From Ylistrum balloti (taxonomy: Eukaryota), in the NCBI RefSeq assembly GCF_031769215.1, contig NW_026782147.1, forward strand, positions 372,001 to 436,000: DNA of 64,000 nt, written 5' to 3'. Below the pieces are notes generated by a model. That model made no database searches. It saw only the letters and a program-made list of their open reading frames with translations, and was not told where the DNA came from. The first letter of the stretch is position 1; every line of letters starts with the position of its first letter. The position numbers and the translations under genes were made by a program. Positions 53,141 through 64,000 of the stretch are shown here, one piece after another.

Positions 53141-54469
53141 TGTGTATATTTTGAACCGTGCTACTGCTCGAATGAATTCAAGTTCGACATTTTAGATACA
53201 TTTTCTGTACCTAATCAGAAAATCTAACCTTCGCAAATCCGTTAAAGTGTAATTCTTACAGGATTTAAACAAAAACAAAAACTAATTTTCCCACTGTTTG
53301 CCATCGTTCTTTGGCTTTCAAATAATAATTGCAGTATTGTATACACATCGATATTTCATTGCTTCTGTCTTGTCCTGAGTAAATTCAATCTGTTATTGTG
53401 CCCTAACCACGCAATCTGCCGCTTGAAAATTTGATTAAGTACCATGATGTTAAATCTCTTTATCCAGTTGGTGAAAAAGATGATCACAAGGTCGCTGCTG
53501 CCATGGTTACGAACACTGTTTCCGGATTTCATGTAACATGTGACGAATCGACACTTTCTATTCTACAGCCTATCAATTTACCCCGAGCAAAAGAATACTG
53601 GAAAATACTTCAGATCACAAAATGATAGTTTTAATTAAATGTACCACAATTTATCAAATTGTGTTTCGTTGATTTCATAGACACATGAGAATATCTCCAA
53701 ATAAATGGACGGTACTCTATATTAAAACAAGCTAGACACCACCTACAGATTTTTAAATTTCAATATTGTATTTTATCAACAGACGCCATATACTTTCATA
53801 TTTGTAATTTTCACAATTGACCAACATTTATATAATTTATATTTATATAAAGTTACAATTTCGTGGCTTTCGTATCAAAATACTGTACTAGTTGTTATAT
53901 ATTTTACTTTTGGCAGTGTTCAATTTGATGGTATACATACTGGTGCTCACATTTTAATGGAAACGCTGAAATTTAATTTAATTTCCGTCAGAGGTTGACA
54001 GCTACAACAGTCCACTCTGTCATGTAGACTAGTCTGCAGTGTCAAGTTCATGCTGTGTATGTTCGATGTTACATTTTGTTTGTCAACGTTCAGTTTTTAT
54101 TATTTTTTAACTCATATAACAACAGACAGTTTGGAAAGCATGATGTAGGAGAACTTTTCAAGGCAAATAATAAAATCCTCCGAAATTCTTCAAATTTGAC
54201 ATTCCAATAATATCATTTTAGCGGATGTACATAGCAGTGTAATAGTTGTTATTCTGATAAAATAACTTATTGAGGAAAAAGTCTTTATTGGAAGCCATGC
54301 TTAGTAAGCAATATAATGTGTTAAAAATATCATTGTGGTATTAAAAGGTCCACATCTTTGCAATTCAACGGATACACGAAAGATTATGAACTAACGCATG
54401 CTTTTATTATTGAAGGTACTTTCACCTCGCTTCATATGACCTTCATTGATTACTTTTACCCCTAATTGG

Positions 54470-54664
54470 CACTTTATTGATACAATAACTTGTTTTTGAC
54501 ATTCAAATTTTCACGGTTTTATCAAAACAATGAAGAAAAAATACGTTCGCTGAGACCGTGAATGAAATAGCGATTATTTTCTCTGTAAACATTTTTCGGG
54601 ATTTCATTCCAACCTCGACAATGATGAAAATCATAATCCCTCGAAAACAAGAAACTTTACAGTA
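54470..54664. mobile_element. MITE-like element ending ACTTTACAGTA
   Basis: 3' end matches 13370-13398. Confidence 0.4.
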
Positions 54665-56079
54665 ACCGGAGAGGAAAGATAAGTATTTTTAATCAAAAAC
54701 TGTAAACGTACTATTGGCTGTAGTCTAGAAGTCGAAAATAACTATCGATACCAGGATTCTGCCAACCTGTGGGACCCGACTAATTTTGTTTGCTTTCCCA
54801 GTTCTAAAATAGCAGATGAATGGCTGTATTTTTTAGATGTAGGTATCGGATCGTTTAAAAGTTAAATATAAGTCTTTTTCTTCTATCTCAAGATTATTTT
54901 TTGTTCTTAAAAATCACTCATTTTCGTGGTGGATTTATTTTCATTGATTTCATGGGCACTCTTTATTCATAATTTCATATGTCCAGGTATTGTTAGACTA
55001 GACATAAGCAGATTTAAGTGCCAACTAAAGAGTATATCTTTGGAAACCACGAAAATAATGTCACGAGAAAATAGATGAATTCACAAAATGTGGGCATCTG
55101 TAACTTTTCTAATAATCTCTGTTCATTTCAACTTGAAATATGTACCCTGTTCTTGTTAATTTCAATTTGAAATATATGTATTATTTGGTGATAAACGCAG
55201 CCATGGTAAGAAGACTCAAAAATGTTTAAATGGTTTTATACTCACATTGTATAGTAAGTATTGTATTATTTTGCAAATAGTTCTACAATTAATTCATATC
55301 AATTTAAGTACCAAAAGAAACCTTCTACTTCACAAAACAACAGGGCAAACATTTAACATGTACAAAGTAGAAACGAAATCCGAACAACTCCAACTATTCA
55401 GAGCCACAGCTAGTACAACCATAACATGATTCAAACGAGCGAAATTGGTTGCTCTTAGTACGATATTTTGATTTTGAAAAATTTTATTTGTATCTTTAAA
55501 GGTTACGTATTGATAACACAGTTTTATTGATAGCATTAAGTGGCATCAGGTCTCTTACTACCATAAGGCACGTGGCTCCAAAGCAAGAGACAGGCGTTAT
55601 TTCGTCTGGGTATTATCAAATTCTAGTGCCCATTGAAACTACTGAAGTTAAGCGAGACGTTATTAATAGTATATTTCTCTGGCAGTAACAAGAATTTATA
55701 ACCTGTGCAAGGGGTTGGGTTTGAATTTTCATTAAGCATCCGGTTATATTATTGTCTGGGAAGATTGATAGATATTCAGTATTATGGGAGAAACAGTGCG
55801 GTTTTATTGCAAATGAACAATAACAAACAATATACAGTCTAAAGCAAGAAAAAATAGAATATAAATATATAGGTTAATTAGAGAAACAGTTTCCTCTGAC
55901 GAACTAATTATAAAAGATATATACTCTTATGGGAGAAATACTCGGTTTTTTGTCATAAACAAATTGTTAAAAGTGATACAAAAAAAGTATTTTGATACAA
56001 ATGCGGTACATAAAACAATGTAAACATAATTATGGTCGTCATAGAGATCTCATTGAAAAATATTCTGTTCCATTGTGCG

Positions 56080-56350
56080 ACATAGCTGGAGGTGTTTGGT
56101 GCTCGTTAGTTTGCCTCTTGGTTCCATTGTCGTTTACCTTGTTCTCATTTGAGAACGTGACATTACTAACTCGGATTGACTAAGATTTACATGGCGTCGA
56201 TAAAGCATAATATTCTTACTGTTCTGGAATACCTTGACCTACTCCTCCTGTACTTTTTCAGGACTGTGTAAATCTTTCTTTTGTTCACATTTTTATTGCA
56301 TTCGAGTTTGGATTATGGATATGAGGGCATGTTAATATTTTCCTGTTTTC
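56080..56350 (+). mobile_element. Dispersed repeat family A, near full copy
   Basis: gctcgttagtttgc..gttctcatttgagaacgtgacattact..ctcctgtactttttcagg..gcattcgagtttgga. Confidence 0.75.
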
Positions 56351-56559
56351 ACAACAAGTGAATCATGATAGAAGACTCATAGTCTGAAAGGATATTTTGC
56401 CACAAACAAAAAGATACATAATTTTCATGGAATAAAACGCTTGTATAGCCTTGTGAGGTAAACGCGCTTCTTTAACAAACGAACAATGAAAACGATGAAA
56501 AAGATTAATGGAAGATGTAATCGCCTATTTGTTATAAGTCATAAAAAGCAATATTAACA

Positions 56560-56715
56560 TGGTGGGTGCCGTAAGTGAAACAGAAGACTCTTCCGGAACA
56601 CCTGGTCTTATTCTCCTTGTACTTTTGCGGGACCTTCAGCGTTCATATTCCCCCAAATTTGATTGAACTGGATTATAATTATGTTTAAATGTTGATATTT
56701 TCTTGTTTTGTTACC
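56560..56715 (+). mobile_element. Dispersed repeat family A, partial copy
   Basis: actcttccggaacacctggtcttattctccttgtactttt. Confidence 0.7.
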
Positions 56716-57004
56716 AACAAAACAATTATGCTGACGGCAAAAAAAGCAAACATAACATAAGATACATTGTCTAATGGGCGAAACACTGAGTTAAACAGAA
56801 GAGTTGTGTTCCTACGAAGCCAATGTCTTTATTTGGGTTACATACGTTGATTAACCTCACAAAGCCCTGTAACCAACAAAAGTCTCCCACCTCCCACGTG
56901 TATCCAGTAAAACATTTCATATCTGGATTCTCATGCCTCCTTTCTTCCCATTAGGAGACATTATAAATACGTCTCCTCCTTTTTAACTTCGTAATAAGAC
57001 TGAC

Positions 57005-57180
57005 AGCATCAGTCTGGTAAAGACTTCCTGCCAGAACCCGAGGGACCCTTGAACATGTTGTACCCCTGTCCGTTTTAGAGAATTAATGCGAATTTACGGC
57101 AGAAGTAAATCTTCCGAGTCCACACCCTCACATCGTCTGAATGAAGGCGACGCCAACCAACCATTGAACTACTAATACGA
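57005..57180 (-). mobile_element. Possible degenerate tRNA-derived SINE (third family)
   Basis: Minus-strand head tagttcaatggttggttggcg is A-box-like; the B box is poor; single copy in the window. Confidence 0.3.
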
Positions 57181-59014
57181 TATTGCAGCTTAACGACACT
57201 GTTTCTCTAATCACCTACTTTCATCCTCTTACCCTTACATTAAGGGCGTATGCTGGTAAGGTAGCAACAAACAATAATTGATGTTGAACTTAATGATCAG
57301 ATTGTGATTTTTAAAATTTTATTTTTGTTAAGTTACTCAAAAATTTTTAAAAATGATATGTCACTACTCATCGCTAAAAACGTAAACATGTTTGATAGAT
57401 ACGTGTATGTTACATTCGAATTCCTTTTATATCAGATTTTATCCAGCTCCTTTTCAATCTTTTTTCAATAATATTCCTTGATATCTTAAAAAAAAGTTCT
57501 ATGTCACCTGAAAGATGTTGGTCTATATAATAGACTATGACGTACCATTTCAATTTTTTGTGATTATATAACCATTTGCGATTTTTAGCATATGTCTTTT
57601 ACCTTTTAGTTTGTTTGATGTTATTTCCTTTTTGGATCGCTGTGTGTGTCACCGGTTGATGGCTCTAATGGCCTTTTATGTGTTGACGGGCCGTTAAGAT
57701 TGTAATAATAATAATGATACTTCATGAATGACTTTACAAGTTTTCGATACAGAAGTAAGTATGCTTGATTCGTCCATTGGATTCACAAGTATTCTTAGTT
57801 GCTACAACTCTAGAAAAGATAACCTATGTCAAAATTATGTATTGTATTTGAATTGGCGAATAAACTCTCGCAGTTTTATTAGTAATTGACGAGGAAATCC
57901 CATCATAGCCAAACGAAAATATATGTTTGTTATACGTATCTTAGCTTTTCTGTAATCTGAGTGCAGCAAAATTCTGATGCAGCAGATCAGATGAAATTTC
58001 CAACAAGCAGTCTGTATCCATTTCCTTTGATGATGCCGACACAGTTCCTGTGCATTTGGCTAATTCCTTTTTATTTGCATACAGTATGAAAAGAAAAAAA
58101 CGACCAACGAGATTTGAGGATTTAACATTAAAGCAAACCAAAATTATTTTGCTTTTTTGGAAAAGAATACTATCCCCGATACTATACCCGCACGTATACA
58201 ACGCAGCATGGTCGATGCGGTTAGGCAAGGTGCGTTCAATAGGATACGGATTTATGTGTTACTGATCAACATGAAAGCATCGTTGATATAATCGTGTTAT
58301 TAATTAATATTGATTATTGTATGACTTGTAAAAATGCCCAGTTAACATGATATTTGAAGTGAAATTCTTGTGAACTTGTGAATTTACATATTCTGTACAC
58401 TGGTATTTGCGTTATTGTATCGACTATATTGTAGTGTGTAGTTAATCTCCAAGAATATAATTTTGAAAGAAAAAGATCAAATAAAATCACTTCTACTTTT
58501 TCCCCATTTGTATCTACATTTTTGTGTTCATTCAAATGTGGCATCACAGGAAAATCAATATCGATGAAAATTATGAAAACTATTCATCGCCTCGGACGAC
58601 GGCTCAACTATAACATGATATTGAACACAACTAACATCCGCCGACACAGATATGCATATCTTTTATGTTGTGGTAATTAATTAAGTCGGAATTCCCAATG
58701 AGCGTGATCAATTACTTTTCTGATAAAATTATTCCGTCACATGTCCTTTCAGTCAACGTCAAATAATAATCAATGAATGCTGTGCAGATTTTCTAGGTTG
58801 GATGTGATAAACATGGTTTCCCAACTGTAAAGTTTGTAATTAATGTATCACTGGTATGTAGATTTGCACCCGTACATCTAATAAAGCGATGAGAAAACGA
58901 CGATGTCCACAGATGACTGGACTACAACATAAGACTAGTGAATACTTTGGTTTACATCCACATCTGACAAGAATACTACAGGACAGTCTGTTTCACGTCC
59001 AAAGATGACGCAAC

Positions 59015-59265
59015 AGCTTCTCCTACCGATGAAACCGGCGAGGGGGAAGGGGCTAGTTTATTCCCCGTCCATCCGTCCGTCTCTGCGTCTATGAAAGTTT
59101 ATCGGCACTCTAGCAGATTCATTAATTCAGGAATTCTCAAAAAAATTCTCACACTTATAAAGCATCAAATGAACTTAGACAAGCTTCAGGTTCAGGATTG
59201 TCGGGTAAAAGCTAAGGTCAATGTTACTGTTTTGGCCATTAGGGGACTTGTATTGTGTAACCTAA
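59015..59265 (+). mobile_element. Helentron/HINE (pearl-type) non-autonomous element
   Basis: 5' ctcctaccgatgaaaccgg..ggggg stem-loop, GTCC microsatellite (ccgtccatccgtccgtc), aaggtcaatgttact body, aggggacttgtattg end. This layout matches bivalve HINE-type elements as I remember them. Confidence 0.45.
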
Positions 59266-60273
59266 CCGAGACGATGGATTGCAACACAAGAGAGAATAAC
59301 AGTTTACACTATTTACATTTATTACAATTTACAAAACTACTGTCCAAAATGTACATATGGCATACCTAACATGATGAAATCTCTCACTCCACAGATTCAT
59401 ACTGCCAATAATGATATTTCACACCAGTCTACATACTATTATGAAGATGCTACACACAAATAACTACTACCTAAACCTATAAACTATAAACCCTAACCTA
59501 CTCCTGGTATTCACATCCTATATACACCATATACACCCTACAGTTCATATATGAGCACAATCCGGCGACTGGTTTCCCTGCATAGCCCACACAACAAAGT
59601 TTGTAGATCCTGACGTAGAGATGCCTCCTCCGTCATTCCATAGAGTGACTGTAAGTGTCCATATCTCCTGACTGTAGCACAGGACCGTATATGGCACAGT
59701 TCCACCAAATGAAAACACAATCTCGTAGTACGAGGTATATGAAGTCATCAGACAAATGGAGACGATCTCACCAAAAGATCACTGAAGATCACTAAAGAAT
59801 TGACCATAATATCGCCACAACACGCACCTGGGCCTCCATAGCATCCATGCACTAATAGCGTTCAATATGACCGCAAAAACATGTCAACACAACACTCCTG
59901 CATCGCTCAACCGAATGCAGTACAACAACGACAGGAATAATCAACAACAAGACAACGAAGTGTCCATTCTGGTAACAATCATATGGCTGTTACGGGCTTC
60001 CATACATGAAATTTCGCCGTCAGCTCATGATATGGTTCGGGCATGACATGGAGCTACAATATACAAATAATACCCTATAAGGCTATATTCTACACATTAT
60101 AACTAATAAAGAAATGATTATATTTATTTCTATTACTGTAATCTATCTTAAGTAAACACGGCAATACACATCATCGCTCTCGATAACGCGTTCGCTCACC
60201 CTTTACCTGTATACTGATATAACTCGCTATCATACACGACTTATATATTCTTAATAAACATGATATAACTTAC

Positions 60274-60420
60274 CGTGGCTGTATTTCACGCTCCCAAAGC
60301 TTTCCCGATGTTTCACACCTGTCAACACATCAAGATATCCGCCCGAATACCTTACCCGTCGTCCTTTGCCCATGCGCGATAACTTTTAAAAGTTTCGCAC
60401 GAGATTAAGGCGCAAAATTC
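60274..60420 (-). promoter_or_regulatory. CpG-rich candidate promoter / first exon ending at a strong splice donor
   Basis: High CpG density; donor CACG|GTAAGT at 60273; ATG at 60373 opens 33 codons (MGKGRRVRYSGGYLDVLTGVKHRESFGSVKYSH) up to the donor; alternative donor CGG|GTAAGG. Confidence 0.35.
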
Positions 60421-60514
60421 AAACAATAAAATATAAATTCAACGTACTTACAACCAGCCTGTATATAAGCTCATAATTCGTATGTGACATATTGTTTCTA
60501 CAATACTCCATGTG

Positions 60515-60685
60515 TTTCTTTACCTTGTTTCACGTCCGCAGTTAAAGGGACAAATACAAAATTATGTTGTATACCTTGTTTCACGTACACATAAGACAGG
60601 ATTGCTTCAACGTCCACAGTTGACAGGACTACTACAAAAGTGTCTTGTTTACCTTGTTTCACAGAAGACGGACATACTACAAAAG
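60515..60685. repeat. Degenerate tandem repeat (TACCTTGTTTCAC x3, ACTACAAAAG x2)
   Basis: Directly visible. It explains ORF 60512-60847. Confidence 0.7.
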
Positions 60686-63600
60686 AGCGAAGTTCTCGAA
60701 TGGGTCAAGCCTGTCATTTTTTATTGGCATTTAGCTATAATATCATGTCGAAATAGTACAATTACAGCATCTTTCTCGGTTCGTTGTACTGTCTTCAGAT
60801 CAGACATGGAATTCCAATTTCATAGTGAGTTTCAAACTCGAGTTTAATTGACTGGTATTTCAAAGCCTTCGGATAGAGTCCATGCTCTTCCTCAAATGCT
60901 AAACTGAAAGACCTAAAATAACGGTCGTGGACCTAACTGTGGCAGAGGGGAGGCAATTTGAACTCCCAGAGTTTAGGTTGGCATAAGGAATAGATTGATT
61001 ACTGATGGAAATTGCTGATCTGATCGACATATGTGATATAGATTGTTGACAACGATTTTGGCAAAAAAAAAAAATTTGTATTTTGTACAGACTGTATATT
61101 TGTCAATCAAAGGCGAGTTCCGAGCATGCAATTGAATTTACTAGAATCTGTGATTTACACAAACAAAAAAACAAAACCCTTTCAAAACACTTCATGGTCA
61201 AGGTTTTGTGTAAGTTAGATATTAAAGATAATTTTCACCACAAAAACAAACCTTAGTTTCACTAATGAAAACTATTAAAAGGGTATGTTTTGAAATTTAT
61301 TTTTGAAATTTATTTACATTATCGGCAAAAATAAAGTCATAGCACATGGCAACGCCAAATTTATTTACTTGACAATGCCGAAGTTATTAAAATCTACCTT
61401 GGGAAATCATGTTCGAGGGATCGCGTGATCAACAATTAACATTGTGTCAATATAACATGGAGAAATGCTTGTTCAATCATGAGGTCAGAGTAACAATAAC
61501 AGGACGCCATAGCTTTACTACTAGATATCAGGGACAAGCTATGTTTACTGGAGTAAATTTGCTCTGGCTGCATTTATAAAGTTGACGACCGTCTGTCTGA
61601 AAAGTGTTAGATACGTTAATTCTTAATATACGTAAAAATGATTATTTTGTCACTATATCATGTAACTTGATAATATTGTGTAGTTTTAATCATTAGTTTT
61701 GATCGCATGTATCTAACTCTAAATTTACATTAAAAAGGTGTTATTCACTTATGTGTCTTGTATACAATCTTTGAGATTGCCGATAGCAGACTCTGCTTCC
61801 GCAGGTTTAGTCCTAGAGGTTTGCCATAACCTGCATACCAGGTTCAGAATATGAATATAGACATGTATTACACGTTCATCTAGGCTGCTCTCGCTATACA
61901 TTCATAAACTTACATCACTCAAAATGGTTTCTATATATAAATCTTAACACTAATAATACCTAATGTCCTCAGTCAGAACAAATCAATATAGGATTCTCAC
62001 AATAATCACAGTAAATCAAGGTCATAGAAGATAGAAATTGAATAACAAAAACAAAAAAGGAAAACTTACGAGAACGAAGTTGACATTTTTATAAGGTGGA
62101 CGATCAATTGGGAGAACGAAAAACAATACTGGTATCAAAGTACAAGGTTACAAATACGTTATCATCGTAAAGAAAAACGAATTGAAACGAATTTTTTATA
62201 TTACATTGAATAAGGTAGGACAAGGTCCTTTCCAAACTAAGGTGCGGCTTCAACTCTGCCGCTTGTGTGTTCACGCAAAACATGGCGAACATGACCGCTT
62301 AATACTTCTGAGAAACTCAACTGGGAAACCTCATATTTAAAGGTCATCCGTAATCATCATAAAGGGAATAAAACGCGTGTTCAAACCTCTCAGAAGAGCA
62401 ATACTTTTGAATGACTAGCCGTCTGAACCTACTGGAAAATTACTTCTTGTTAGTCTTAGTCCAGGGATTGCGTGTTATGTTAATAACTGCGAGATTTGTC
62501 CTGGCCGGGGATTTAACCTTCCTGTAAGGTCACCAACCCAGACAGTTTGAGAGTCATATTTAGGAAAATAGCACTCAAACATGGTTTCCCCATTGATGCA
62601 AAGTCGTGCTTCCAATGTGTTCAAACGATCTAGCCGTGACAATTGTGATCTTAAATACTTCTGTCCGATAATGTTAGTTCTACCGGCCACTGACAAGCAC
62701 AACCTAGGCCATAGAATGGCATTCGTCTGGCCATTTCCTCTGTATAATGAACTATGATATGTGTAATATTACATTCAGGCAAAACGAAATTTTACAGCGA
62801 AGTAGGAACATAAAATATCGCAAACAACTTTCCACATCCAAGCGCTGCAATTTCTGTAGATGCATGCTATCTGCGTTTATTTTCACATCAATGAATTAGA
62901 AACCATTCTAATCGCCCGTAACAGAAGAAAGGAGACGTCAAATAATTATAATTGAATTACCTATCTTTAAAATCTCGCCTCTCGAATGTACTTTCATTTG
63001 TCGCTATGGTACATTGTTGTAACACTGTGTAATATGTAGTCGTCGCACACACAATATGAGTTTCAATAATGAGAACAACTACAGCCATAACCTAAATAAA
63101 GAAACAACATTTTGTGACAACACGTGAATAATATATTGCGGTGGCAAAATCCCAAATGACTACTTCCATGGAAGTTGCGTGAATGTTGGGTGTTGTGTTT
63201 TGAACACAGGGAATTATTTCAAATATTGTTCCCAGCGGTTTATCTGTGTAATAGTGCTCATGAAGAGTCGGTGATGTGACTGCTTCTCTAATAAACTGAT
63301 TCAATGGCAATAAAGACGAGAGGTCAGTGTTTTCTTATATACAAATTTTCAACATTTATACAGAGCAATGGACACACCAGCAGCTTGTATTCGTTCATCA
63401 CTTGAATTTTTCCTGATATTTCCAGATATTTTGATAAAATTTCAGCAGCACCTTTTCCCGTTGATATCAATTACATTTTTTTTGTTTGTCGTTCGTTACG
63501 GGGCTCCCATTTTCATTCGGTCCTTCGACAAGCTTGCCGAATATTTGTAAGGTCTATGGATATTGTATTTTTATCATAGACGTTCAAAACCGATTTTTAG

Positions 63601-64000
63601 AAATATTTTAGAAATATGTTTGAATTAGGTGTTGCTTCCACATAACATTTGAGTAACTTCCCAGAAAATTTTGTTGAATTCGCTTTTCTTATAGCCAGTT
63701 TTGTGCTCTTTGAATCTTTCAGTATGCCAATATGGAACACATATTCTAAATATCACAACATAAAAACGCCTATTGATAACGATCTATTATTGAAGGTATT
63801 ATCTATTGACAAATATGTCCATTTCTGTGTAATAATTGGTTTAATTGTATATAAAAATCTCTGCCGTAAATAAATACTTTAATATCAGTTTCCATTTAAT
63901 GAGATCTCTGAATCACTCCTGAAAAAATTTTATTTTAACAAGCCTCTGGTGAAAGGAAAATGCTATCACATGATGTTGATCACATAACATTGATACATTT

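Noticed and set aside
59470-59505. Telomere-like CCCTAA
   Set aside because: A single unit in A/C-rich low-complexity sequence.
59540-59640. KLCCVGYAG resembles an EMI-domain CCxGY end
   Set aside because: Isolated five-residue similarity, bounded by stops, with no EGF repeats following.
59545-60052. Selenoprotein, or mitochondrial insertion (TGA read as Sec or Trp)
   Set aside because: TGA-only stops occur in two different frames, which indicates compositional TA depletion. The code-5 translation resembles no mitochondrial protein I recognise, and no SECIS was identified.
798-63873. Remaining 60-110 aa ORFs in the track
   Set aside because: No recognisable domains; composition mirrors AT-rich non-coding DNA, many start at non-ATG codons, and their number is consistent with chance.

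Overview
AT-rich eukaryotic genomic DNA, not prokaryotic: there are no operons or CRISPR arrays, coding density is very low, and tRNA-derived SINEs are present. The repeat types and the receptor family suggest a mollusc, probably a bivalve (inference). Only one coding feature is solid: an intronless 361-aa class A GPCR on the minus strand (47928-49013). It belongs to the invertebrate FMRFamide-receptor-like/orphan peptide receptor type, keeps DRY, and appears to have lost several conserved activation residues. The first 11 kb hold four unrelated minisatellite arrays (25, 29, 27/31 and ~44 bp units); the 25-bp array contains a 285-bp higher-order duplication. Scattered across the window are two tRNA-derived SINE families, an unclassified ~300-bp repeat (9 copies), MITE-like and Helentron/HINE-like relics, and several old local duplications. 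By-eye splice-site reading gives tentative exon chains on both strands (19-32 kb, 42-45 kb, 60 kb) that I cannot assign to a known protein. These are hypotheses needing RNA-seq. I found no convincing novel multi-gene system. Nearly all listed short ORFs look like chance or repeat-derived frames. Repeat boundaries are approximate.
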